DNA of 64,000 nucleotides from an uncultured candidate division Zixibacteria bacterium (GCA_963668625.2 CAXXKA010000008.1:1248001-1312000), one strand, 5' to 3'; shown: positions 52,784 to 61,456, counted from the stretch's first letter. The notes: generated by a model not told the origin, from the letters alone. Numbers and translations: made by a program.

Positions 52784-54076
52784 CTAGTCCACCAATACTT
52801 TTTCTATTCGTGGGTGAAAATCTTTTAATGATTTGCCAATCCCTTTGGCGGACTTTAGAAAGTGTTGCTTTACGTCTTCTACAATAATTTCAATACCAAT
52901 CCTATAAGCTAAATTTTCAGATATGCGAGGAGAACACATTGTAAGTAAGTTCCGCATGACATTCCAGCGATTGTGAGATGAGCCTAATTCGGCTGTAGCA
53001 ATTGCTGCGGCAGCCTTGCACTCTATATTACCTAAATTATATATCATTTCAAGTCTGTTGATAATTACATCGCAATATGCAAAATCAAATGAGCCTTTGG
53101 CCCATTCACAGTACATAAGTGCTATTTTATACCACAAATCACCATCGGCGTCAAAAATATCTTGAATCCGTTTTTCGTCGAGTTCTACGCAAATTACGTT
53201 TATATCTTCTTCATTTGCTTCTGAAGAAATATATCTACTAAAGTTTAGCATTGTTTCATCATCCCAATCAAAGATGTTATTCAATTTTTCAAGCCATTCT
53301 GTTGTTGAAGGATTTGATTGATGTGTTGATGGGCTTGATAAAATTGTAAGTAATGCTCCACGAAGTATTGAAACATTTTGAAAACGTTTTTCTGGTTCTT
53401 TTACAGTACACCTTTCTATTATAGTCCCAATCGGTCCCTCGCATGTATGTTGTTGATATGGAATCCGCGCATTTGGTCCATCTCCATATACATCATGAAG
53501 TATCGCTCCAAAAGCATAAATATCTACTTTTTGTGTTGAGTGTTTAAAATCTAACACTTGTTCAGGCGCACAATAAGGAGCACTTCCCCAAGCTGACCTA
53601 GAAGAAGTAAATGTTGATGTTTCAGGTAACACAAGCCCGAAATCAGATAGTTTCCATCTCTTGTTATGTAAAAGAATGTTTTGGGGTTTTAAATCCCTGT
53701 GAGTATAACCAAGAGAATGCAACTCTTCAAGAGCGAATAGGATTTCTGCAAGTTGTTCCGTTAAATCTTTACCGTCTTGTTTAGATTCATTTATTTCATC
53801 TTCAAAGTTCCGGTCAGCTAATGGCATTGTAAACCAAGGTGCATTGCAATCAAGATCAAAATCTAAAATGGGAATAAATGATTGACTTTCTAAGGATGAT
53901 TGAATTTTTACTTCTCGTTTGAAACGTTTTTTTAACTTGTCTTGATTGCTAGCTAACAAAATGTCTGGTCTTGGATCGAAAACTTTTCGTGCTATAGTAT
54001 TACCTGGGCTTTCTTCAAGATATTCGACTCTGGCGAAGCCCCCCCGACATATTTTCTTTATATTTTTGTTATTCAT
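52784..54076 (-). CDS. Hanks-type Ser/Thr protein kinase with C-terminal helical domain, soluble
   Basis: RGGFARV, ARK, RFKRE, HRDLKPQNIL, DFGL, GSAPYCAPEQ, DIYAFG; no TM segment. Confidence 0.92.
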   Translation of the reverse strand: MNNKNIKKICRGGFARVEYLEESPGNTIARKVFDPRPDILLASNQDKLKKRFKREVKIQSSLESQSFIPILDFDLDCNAPWFTMPLADRNFEDEINESKQDGKDLTEQLAEILFALEELHSLGYTHRDLKPQNILLHNKRWKLSDFGLVLPETSTFTSSRSAWGSAPYCAPEQVLDFKHSTQKVDIYAFGAILHDVYGDGPNARIPYQQHTCEGPIGTIIERCTVKEPEKRFQNVSILRGALLTILSSPSTHQSNPSTTEWLEKLNNIFDWDDETMLNFSRYISSEANEEDINVICVELDEKRIQDIFDADGDLWYKIALMYCEWAKGSFDFAYCDVIINRLEMIYNLGNIECKAAAAIATAELGSSHNRWNVMRNLLTMCSPRISENLAYRIGIEIIVEDVKQHFLKSAKGIGKSLKDFHPRIEKVLVD

Positions 54077-54103
54077 TGGAATTATTTTTCCCCTTTCTAA
54101 ACT

Positions 54104-54132
54104 AAATTAGTAAAATTTAAAGATAAAGTCAA
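54104..54132 (-). promoter_or_regulatory. sigma70-type promoter of the kinase
   Basis: Minus strand TTGACT-N17-TAATTT, then AAAGGGG RBS-like sequence. Confidence 0.55.
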
Positions 54133-54230
54133 TGCTCATGTCTATCTTAATAATATCACCCATGAAACTATTATTGCATTATGGATGTTATAACTCGCAG
54201 TGAGAAAATTGAATTTATCGGGAGGATTAA

Positions 54231-54791
54231 ATGAGGAAAATTCTTTTCGGGCTCTTTATCATGACAATCGGGCTGGCGCTGGCTTGCGGCTCCTCGGATG
54301 ACAGCGCATCAAAGCAGGATGGCGGTTCGACCGAAATGGCCGCTTCCAACCTGGAGACATCCGGCAAAATAAACTGGATGAAATTCGATGACGGCTTAAA
54401 TGCCGCTACCAATGAGAATAAACATCTGATTGCCTATTTCTGGCGGGATGGCTGACCGTGGTGTACTAAAATGGAGAAGGGTACCTTCTCTGATGGATCA
54501 ATCATTTCTTTCGTAAATGATAATTTCGTTGCCGCTAAAGTAAAGACCACGAATAACGAAACATTCGACACGCCGTTTGGTGAGATGAATACCGGCCAAT
54601 TAGCCAGATCTTTACGTATCCGAGGTGTTCCTGCGGTTTTCTTTTTCGATATCGAGGGCAAACCGGTTTTTAACGTCCCTGGCTATGTCCCACCCGATAT
54701 GTATCTGACGATACTGAAATACGTATCGGAAAAGCATTATATGAACAAAAGCTTCGAGGAATTCCAGGGTTCTGAAAAAACAACGATGTAA
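54231..54791 (+). CDS. Thioredoxin-fold lipoprotein with UxxC motif, probable selenoprotein (186 aa; UGA at 54453-54455 read as Sec)
   Basis: ORFs 54231-54455 and 54471-54791 are in one frame and join as ...HLIAYFWRDG-U-PWC-TKMEKGTF...IRGVPAVFFFD..G....VPGY; GGAGG RBS; lipobox LALAC. Confidence 0.88.
54472..54492 (+). promoter_or_regulatory. Bacterial SECIS-like hairpin
   Basis: GAGAAGG-GTA-CCTTCTC perfect 7-bp stem (54474-54490), extendable by G.U pairs; G-initiated loop 25 nt after the UGA. Confidence 0.7.
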
Positions 54792-54893
54792 TAGTAATAA
54801 AACATTAGTAAAATGCCCATAGTTAACCAGCTATGGGTATTTTTTTGCTTTTTACTGATTGACTTTTCATACGATTGGAGCGTATTTAGAGAT

Positions 54894-55034
54894 ATGCCTG
54901 AAGGATTTGAAGGATTTTTCGCGTCACACCCAATCTGGGCTGTAATATTAATAATATTGATGGCTCTGCCAATCGTGGGGGCTGTAGCCTGGGTAATCCA
55001 AAGAGCGATCAAAAAGCCCAATAAAGATCAATAG
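54894..55034 (+). CDS. Small single-pass membrane protein (46 aa; the ORF track starts it at 54813)
   Basis: MPEGFEGFFASHPIWAVILIILMALPIVGAVAWVIQRAIKKPNKDQ: hydrophobic helix plus basic tail; GGAG upstream. Confidence 0.55.
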   Translation: MPEGFEGFFASHPIWAVILIILMALPIVGAVAWVIQRAIKKPNKDQ

Positions 55035-55305
55035 TATCCACTACCTTGTTGTCGTAATCAAAACGCTCCGTTTGTAGCCTTTTTAGATAAGATTTATTGG
55101 CTTATTAATAGACTTTTTCCATCACCTATGGGATTTTTCCAATATTTTTACAGCTAATGGAATAAACAGTATAGCCTGCCTGTATCTTAACAAACCCTAC
55201 AAAATAAAGCCTTTTCGGCCAAAGCAAAGGATTTGAAACGGTGAAACATCGGCCGGAATGGTTGTTGCAATTTGTCAAGGAGGTTCTGTGAAAAATAGTA
55301 AACCT

Positions 55306-55332
55306 TTAAAAATTCGGAATAACTGCCGATAA
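55306..55332 (+). promoter_or_regulatory. Putative sigma28 (FliA-type) promoter
   Basis: TTAA-N15-GCCGATAA with a perfect -10 box. Confidence 0.55.
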
Positions 55333-55391
55333 AATTACTGGAGCTTATTGACAACGTAATTTTCGGCGATATTCCGGGATCGGAGCCTCAC

Positions 55392-55535
55392 GTGGCCAAG
55401 AAGAAGAAAAAACCGGATTATAAGATGCCGAAAAAAACCTGTTGGCATTTGTATAGCTTACAGAACTTGAATTCTGAGAAGTTCATTAAGGTTGTGGCGA
55501 AGATTTTAGATAGCGAATACATGTTGATCAAATAA
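55392..55535 (+). CDS. Small basic protein (47 aa), absent from the ORF track
   Basis: GGAG-N6-GTG start; MAKKKKKPDYKMPKKTCWHLYSLQNLNSEKFIKVVAKILDSEYMLIK*; downstream of a sigma28-like promoter. Confidence 0.55.
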   Translation: MAKKKKKPDYKMPKKTCWHLYSLQNLNSEKFIKVVAKILDSEYMLIK

Positions 55536-55540
55536 AAAGA

Positions 55541-55569
55541 TTGACATTTACCGAGCTGAATCGTAAATT
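55541..55569 (+). promoter_or_regulatory. sigma70 promoter
   Basis: TTGACA-N17-TAAATT, followed by the AGGAGG RBS of the M23 gene. Confidence 0.65.
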
Positions 55570-55602
55570 GGCCAGAGCCTTGAAGTTGAGCAGGAGGTTT
55601 GC

Positions 55603-56517
55603 ATGCCCCAATCGAAATTTTCAGTAATCATCGTGCCTGATGATACTGGAAAGGTGATTAAGAGACGGCTTTCGAAATGGAAATTGATTGCAGTGCTGAG
55701 TTTCGCTGTACTATTCGTTTGCGTTTCAGCGTTTTTTACTTACGGTTATTTTAAAGCGAATATCGATTCGCAGAAGTTAGTTTCGCTCGAAAAAGAAAAT
55801 TTATATTTATCGACTAAGATTGCCGGTCTCCAGGAATCGGTCGAGAGTATTAAAGGCAAGATGTCTACGATTATCGAAACCGATGAGAACATAAGATTGG
55901 TTTTCGATTTTCCCTCTATCGATCCCTCGATAAGAGAGGTCGGTATCGGTGGTCCGGAATACGGCGTAATGGAATTCAATTCACCGGCATCGCAAGACCT
56001 GGATTTCGTCGAACAGGATATCGATAAGATCCTTCGCCAGTTGAAACTGGAGAACGCCTCGTTCGAGGAGATATATACTCAAGTACAGGAAAAGAAACAC
56101 GTTCTCGACCATATGCCATCCATAAAGCCCTGCGAGGGGTTGATTACCTCGGGTATGGGTATGAGGCGCGATCCATTCACGGGTTTATTGACCCAGCATA
56201 ACGGGCTCGATATTGCCACGCCGAAAGGAACACCGGTTTACGCTCCTGCCAACGGTAAGGTAGTTAAAGCCCATTATGAAAGAGGAATGGGTAACCTGAT
56301 TGTTATTGATCACGGGAACAATCTTAAATCTTACTATGGCCATCTTAGCTTGATAAAAGTCAAGAAAGGCCAGCGAGTAAACCGTATGGATGTCATAGGA
56401 GCCGTAGGTTCCACCGGTCGTTCCACCGGATCGCATCTACATTATGAGATCAGGAAATATAATCGGCCGATTAATCCTCGCGACTATTTCGTGAAATCGA
56501 TTATCTATCGCAATTAA
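55603..56517 (+). CDS. Membrane-anchored M23 peptidoglycan endopeptidase with coiled coil
   Basis: TM helix, coiled coil, PSIKP..G.ITS..G.R.DPFTG...HNGLD, YGHL, GSTGRSTGSHLHYE. Confidence 0.92.
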   Translation: MPQSKFSVIIVPDDTGKVIKRRLSKWKLIAVLSFAVLFVCVSAFFTYGYFKANIDSQKLVSLEKENLYLSTKIAGLQESVESIKGKMSTIIETDENIRLVFDFPSIDPSIREVGIGGPEYGVMEFNSPASQDLDFVEQDIDKILRQLKLENASFEEIYTQVQEKKHVLDHMPSIKPCEGLITSGMGMRRDPFTGLLTQHNGLDIATPKGTPVYAPANGKVVKAHYERGMGNLIVIDHGNNLKSYYGHLSLIKVKKGQRVNRMDVIGAVGSTGRSTGSHLHYEIRKYNRPINPRDYFVKSIIYRN

Positions 56518-56544
56518 ATTCGTTCGCGAATAATGATAAATTCT

Positions 56545-56569
56545 AGCCCCGGTTATGCCGGGGTTTTTT
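56545..56569 (+). terminator. Intrinsic terminator
   Basis: AGCCCCGG-TTATG-CCGGGGTT followed by a T run. Confidence 0.85.
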
Positions 56570-56604
56570 ATTGGTACTAAAAACTACAGGTTTTTATGAC
56601 GGAA

Positions 56605-56856
56605 TACTGCTTTGTGGTCGGCACACGTCCCCATGTGCCCCTTGGCAGTAGTAGATGTTAGGTGGTGAATGCAGCAGACGAGGACGTCCGCCAGCCACGA
56701 ACGATGTAATAGAAGGCCAAGGCCGACCGATATATCCGATAGAAAACCACCGGCATATTTGTAATCACGGCTCCCCGGCCGGGATGACAGGATTTGATAG
56801 CGCAAGTTTTCGCTAAGACGGCAGGGATCTTTTCCCGACGATATTCAGCATGAATA
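56605..56856. repeat. Cluster of short imperfect palindromes (REP-like) or a structured RNA
   Basis: GTGG-tagged hairpins at 56614-56639 (+) and 56674-56698 (-); TGTC-tagged hairpin at 56764-56789 (-); further stems at 56798-56815, 56824-56836 and 56842-56856. Confidence 0.5.
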
Positions 56857-56891
56857 GGAACTACTCACTCTTAATCTCGAATAGTTTAAAT

Positions 56892-57734
56892 CTATGGTTG
56901 CTGGATATTTTGCGGTATAGCTGTTTTATTTTGTTCCGCGGCTTTTTTACGTTTCTCGGCGAAAGAATTCTTTATGAATTGTAGCAACATTTCCAAGTCA
57001 ATCGGTTTGTGAATCATCTGCTCGACGCCAAAATACATATAGGTGTTGGTCATCTTGCACGGGTTGTGGAACGTGGTGAGAAACAAGGAATAGTTAGGAT
57101 TACTTTTATGACATATTTCGAATAAATCGAAAGCCTCGAAACCGGTCAAATCGGTGAAACAATCGAATAGCACTAAATCGGGCTTGTCCTCAGCCACCAG
57201 ATCGATAAAATCGAGAATATTCGAGCAGTGATAAGTGTTGTACTGATGTTGGCTGAGGTAACCCGACAGGTATTTAGCCGTTCTATATTCCGAATCGCAG
57301 ATTACGATTTCCTTGGCAGTGTTCATACTAACGAAATAATCGTTGCCCAGAGCGGCCTCGATGTAGATAAGCATCTGTGGAAGTACCAGTGGTTTTCTCA
57401 TGAACGCGGAAATACCCAGACGTTTTTTCTCGGGTTGGATTTTCTCCTCCGTAAGGTACCCGGATATGACGATAACGGGAACGCTTTTAATCCTGATGAC
57501 ATCCTTGAGATTATTCTCATAGCGCCTGATTACCTCGAGTAACTCGAAACAATTCATATCGCGAAGGTTGTAGTCGGTGATTATCAAATCTGGTTTGAGT
57601 TTTTCGTATATTTCGATAGCCTTATAGCCGGTGTCGGCATCAAAAACTATATAACCATTACCGGCGAGGTATTGATGAAGGCTGTAACGAACCTGGAATA
57701 TATCATCGATGAGGAGTATCTTTTTATCTTCCAT
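56892..57734 (-). CDS. Response regulator with two REC domains and no output domain
   Basis: REC1 ILLIDD...PDLIITD...VISG...KP; REC2 IVICDS...PDLVLFD...KP. Confidence 0.82.
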   Translation of the reverse strand: MEDKKILLIDDIFQVRYSLHQYLAGNGYIVFDADTGYKAIEIYEKLKPDLIITDYNLRDMNCFELLEVIRRYENNLKDVIRIKSVPVIVISGYLTEEKIQPEKKRLGISAFMRKPLVLPQMLIYIEAALGNDYFVSMNTAKEIVICDSEYRTAKYLSGYLSQHQYNTYHCSNILDFIDLVAEDKPDLVLFDCFTDLTGFEAFDLFEICHKSNPNYSLFLTTFHNPCKMTNTYMYFGVEQMIHKPIDLEMLLQFIKNSFAEKRKKAAEQNKTAIPQNIQQP

Positions 57735-57786
57735 TAACGCCTTTATTTCCCATTATTGCCTATTTACATTAATACCCCTGATAAAT

Positions 57787-57813
57787 ATGTCGGCAGAAAT
57801 CGGTTAACATGTA
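57787..57813 (-). promoter_or_regulatory. Putative sigma28 (FliA-type) promoter
   Basis: Minus strand TACA-N15-GCCGACAT upstream of the double-REC gene. Confidence 0.45.
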
Positions 57814-57970
57814 AGTAATTGAAATACATTCTTTGATAATGTCGAATTGGTGTATTCTTTGAAACCTAACCTGCCATTCTTTCTTAATGACATCGATTAA
57901 TAATAATCTTCCATTGGAGTTTCAAAACTGAAATGTTTAAAAGTCAATAATATATAAATTAATCAGATTT

Positions 57971-57997
57971 TAAAACCGTCCTCAAATCCGCCGATAA
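57971..57997 (+). promoter_or_regulatory. sigma28 (FliA-type) promoter
   Basis: Exact consensus TAAA-N15-GCCGATAA about 45 nt upstream of the SPFH gene. Confidence 0.7.
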
Positions 57998-58043
57998 TCA
58001 TATTAACTGATGTAAATCATTGATAATAACTTAGATAAGATAA

Positions 58044-59171
58044 ATGCAGGAGGCGCAAATGACTATGTTGATGGAAGTTATCGAATGGATGGATATGACC
58101 GAGCGGGATATGATTCACCGCTTTCCCGAAACCGGCTCGGCCGATATAAAATTAGGCGCGCAGTTAATAGTTCGCGATTCCCAATCGGCCGTGTTTTTCA
58201 CTAACGGCAAAGCTTACGATAGCGTCGGCGCCGGCCGTCACACCCTGACCAGCCTGAATATTCCACTCCTGACCAGAGCGCTGTCTTTGCCGTGGAATTT
58301 CAAATCGCCTTTCAGGTGCGAAGTTTATTTTATCAACCATAAAGTATTTACCAATTTGAAATGGGGTACTAAAGACCCGGTGGCTTTCAGGGACAGGGAA
58401 CTGGGCCTGGTGCGTCTCCGTGGCTACGGAACATATACTTGCCGTATAACACAGCCGCTGGTGTTTATCAACTCGCTGGTGGGACGGGAGGCCAAATTCA
58501 CCACCGATGATATCGGGGATTATCTTCGGGATGTCATTGTCTCCCGGCTTAACGATATGTTCGGTGAGAAACTGGAAACGATATTCGATTTGCCGGCACA
58601 GTTCGATGAGATAGGTAACGATATCAAGGTTCGTATTTCGAACGATTTCTCCAAGTATGGGCTGGAGTTGATCGATTTCTTCGTGACCTCGATAACGCCT
58701 CCTGATGAGGTTCAGAAGATGATCGATGAGAAGTCCTCCATGAAAGCCGTTGGCGATCTGGATAAGTTTTTGAAATACTCGTTAGCCAAGGCAATGGGTG
58801 GTGGAGGCGACATGGCACAGGCCGGCGCAGGCATGGGCATGGGGGCCGGTATCGGTATGATAATGCCGGGCATGGTGCAGGGCGCGATGAGTCCCGAACG
58901 CGATTTGAAAGGCGAGCCTATTCCGACAGTAACCTGCCCTAAATGCGGTACCGATACACCGGATAACTCCAGGTTTTGTTACAAATGCGGGCATCAGATG
59001 ATGACTATCAACAAATGCCCGAACTGCGATACCGACCTTCCACCGGAGGCCAAATACTGTTTCAGTTGTGGGGTGGAGATTGCCGCGAAATTGACCTGCA
59101 AACATTGCGGTACGAATATCATCCCCGGATCGAAATTCTGTACCAATTGCGGCGAAAAGCTGGATGGCTGA
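58044..59171 (+). CDS. SPFH (Band 7) domain protein with C-terminal zinc ribbons (YdjI-like)
   Basis: [36 protein letters not shown]; Gly/Met-rich linker; six CxxC pairs. Start may be ATG 58059 behind AGGAGG. Confidence 0.85.
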   Translation: MQEAQMTMLMEVIEWMDMTERDMIHRFPETGSADIKLGAQLIVRDSQSAVFFTNGKAYDSVGAGRHTLTSLNIPLLTRALSLPWNFKSPFRCEVYFINHKVFTNLKWGTKDPVAFRDRELGLVRLRGYGTYTCRITQPLVFINSLVGREAKFTTDDIGDYLRDVIVSRLNDMFGEKLETIFDLPAQFDEIGNDIKVRISNDFSKYGLELIDFFVTSITPPDEVQKMIDEKSSMKAVGDLDKFLKYSLAKAMGGGGDMAQAGAGMGMGAGIGMIMPGMVQGAMSPERDLKGEPIPTVTCPKCGTDTPDNSRFCYKCGHQMMTINKCPNCDTDLPPEAKYCFSCGVEIAAKLTCKHCGTNIIPGSKFCTNCGEKLDG

Positions 59172-60561
59172 TTATCAACTGATATATAACTGTCCCGGTT
59201 GTGGCAAACCCTCAAATACGCCGGAGGGCGCGCTAACCAATCGATGCGAATACTGTGATCTGGTAGTCAGGCTGGGCGCGCCGGGACGAGTGCTGAAATA
59301 TTTCTATCCCTCGCGTATAGATCAATATGGCGCACGCATGGCCGCCGATCGGTATCTTAAAAAAATAGGCCAACCGTTGACCACGCATATAGCGAGAGCT
59401 CAATCGTTTTATCTTCCCTTTTACAGATTTCGCGGGATCGCGTTAGATTATATTAAACCTAAAGAGAAAATCTCGAGTCTTGGTATTGACCCGTACACAC
59501 AGGTGGTGAACTCCAAAGTTGAGCCTAAGCTGAAAGTTAAGGATTTCGATGTAACGATACCGGGGGAGAACTCTGGAGATTTCGGGCTGGTTTCGTTGGG
59601 TATCCGACCGCAGGCCGTGCCTCTTTATGGTTTCAGCCGTGGGGAGATACCCGAAGATACGATTATAGTCAGCTCCGATATCACCCCGACACAGGCGGAG
59701 GATCAGGCGCTTAAAATGCGGAATGCCAATACTCTTCTATATAGTAAAAACCAGGCGGATATCTCGGCAATGATAGGCGAGAGAGTCACGTCGATTTATT
59801 TCCCGGTATGGGCATTAAGTTACGAGACGCACAACGAGAAGAAAACCGTGTTCGTGGATGCTCTGGCCAAACGGGGGTACCATCAGGCGGAGGGATTTTA
59901 CGAATACACCGGGCCCGTGTCTTCAGAGGTAAACTCACATTTCGTGAAACCCCGCCGCCACCAGTGCCCCAATTGCGGTGATGATCTACAGGAGGATCAT
60001 TTCTCACTGTTTTACCCCTGCAAAAATTGTAACAGGGCTTATGTGCTGGATACGACCGGCGGCTACAGCCAGGTGCATGTCAAGTGCGCCGGCTCCGAGG
60101 TCTGCGCGCCGTTCTGGCGTTTCCCGATGGTGATTGAGGGGGACAGGCGATTTGCCACGGTTGCAGAATTCGCCAAACTACTGCCCAGCGAGATAGCTCT
60201 GTTACGGAAAGAAAAGCGCGATAAACAGTTCTATCTGTACAGTCCGGCTTATAAATCCTCTGATGCCAGGAGCTGGTTTAACAACGCTTATTCGATGCTG
60301 ATAACTCAGCCTCAGCACGAGCTTGGCGATAAACTGCCTGAAAAGCAGTTACCATTCAATATCGATCAATCCGAAGCCCGTCAGATGGCGATATTTTTAT
60401 GGAAGAAATTGGCGATGAAATATGCCTGGGGATTGCCCCAGCTTAAAGATTTAAGCGAATCTCACCTTCCCGAGGGAGAAATCGTTTGGTATCCGGCGCA
60501 AAATTATGCTTTAATACACAAAGTTAAAGGTTTTAAAGAGGTGGATGTTTTAGATACATGA
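59164..60561 (+). CDS. Zinc-ribbon protein (YdjG-like)
   Basis: CPGCG...CEYC, YLPFY, YFPVW, CPNCG...CKNC, PFW; overlaps the SPFH gene. Confidence 0.6.
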   Translation: MADYQLIYNCPGCGKPSNTPEGALTNRCEYCDLVVRLGAPGRVLKYFYPSRIDQYGARMAADRYLKKIGQPLTTHIARAQSFYLPFYRFRGIALDYIKPKEKISSLGIDPYTQVVNSKVEPKLKVKDFDVTIPGENSGDFGLVSLGIRPQAVPLYGFSRGEIPEDTIIVSSDITPTQAEDQALKMRNANTLLYSKNQADISAMIGERVTSIYFPVWALSYETHNEKKTVFVDALAKRGYHQAEGFYEYTGPVSSEVNSHFVKPRRHQCPNCGDDLQEDHFSLFYPCKNCNRAYVLDTTGGYSQVHVKCAGSEVCAPFWRFPMVIEGDRRFATVAEFAKLLPSEIALLRKEKRDKQFYLYSPAYKSSDARSWFNNAYSMLITQPQHELGDKLPEKQLPFNIDQSEARQMAIFLWKKLAMKYAWGLPQLKDLSESHLPEGEIVWYPAQNYALIHKVKGFKEVDVLDT

Positions 60562-61456
60562 GCAAAGTCGGAATTATTGATATCGGAACCAATACGGTTC
60601 TCTGCTTAAAAGCCTCGGTTAATGATGACTCCATAGATATACTTTTCGACAGCCGTTTCCATTACCGGGCCGGCCGTCGCCTGGACTCCGCCGGTAATAT
60701 TGCCGAGGAGTACCGTACCGGATTGCGGCGGGCATTGATTTCGGCAATGAGTACGATAGACGACTGCGAAAGTATCAAGATCGTGGCCACTGAGGTATTG
60801 CGTAAGCCTAAAGACGGTGTCTCGTTTGCCAAGGAGCTTTCCTCGGAGATTAACCGTACAATCGAGATAATCGAACCTCAACGAGAGGCCGAGTTAAGCT
60901 ATTTCGGTGCAACACATAATCTGGAGGATATCTCTGGTAAAGTGACCATGATCGATATCGGCGGTGGTTCGAGTGAGCTGGCGGTTGGCAGTAATGGCGA
61001 GCTCGAAAACTGGTCGGGAGTGCGAATGGGGGCTGTCAGTATTAACGAGGCTGTTGGCTATGAAAAGCCTCTCGATGAGTATATTCGTCACGCGGATACG
61101 ATTTTCGATAAATCGGATTTCTCGGGCTTCTATCGCCAAAACCGGCACGAATGATTATCGTTGGCGGGACGGCCGTGACATTGGCGGCGATATTAAATCA
61201 ACAGAAAACTTTTAACGCCGAGGAGATCGAGGGATTCGAATTTAATCGCGAAGTGCTTACCCTGCTTTTAGAAAGCCTCGCCCTGATGTCACACGAAAAG
61301 CGCAAAAAGGCGCTGGTATTCGATCAAGAGCGAGCCGATATTATCGTGGGAGGCGGGGCTATCGTGTTATCATTTATGAACAAATACGACATTTCAACCG
61401 TAAAAATATCTACGAGTGGACTCCGTCATGGATTACTGCTGGAACTGTATGGGTGA
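60558..61456 (+). pseudogene. Ppx/GppA phosphatase family gene split by a frameshift near 61120-61150
   Basis: ORF1 has IDIGTNT, VATE.LR, EAELSYFG, DIGGGSSE; ORF2 has GGT...LAA, RADII..G, GLRHGLL. Together they make one ~300-aa Ppx. Confidence 0.75.

Noticed and set aside
52240-54200. Prophage or IS origin for the AT-rich islet
   Set aside because: No integrase, transposase, terminal inverted repeats or target duplication were visible by eye; recorded only as a compositional islet.
54471-54791. Independent 106-aa gene starting at ATG 54471
   Set aside because: It lacks an RBS and the redox motif; it is better explained as the C-terminal part of the UGA read-through protein.
56677-56692. GAGGACGTCCG resembles the RNase P RNA GAGGAAAGUCC motif
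   Set aside because: The other conserved RNase P regions are absent and the motif lies inside a local hairpin.
56780-56797. Minus strand TCAAATCCTGTCATCCCG resembles a tRNA-Pro 3' end (att remnant); plus strand GGGATGACAGGATTTGA resembles a tmRNA 5' end
   Set aside because: No anticodon arm, no CCA end, no matching other half and no integrase nearby. Most of the match is explained by the TGTC-tagged palindrome.
56584-56805. 73-aa minus-strand ORF
   Set aside because: No RBS or recognisable motif, and it spans the palindrome cluster; probably a chance open frame.
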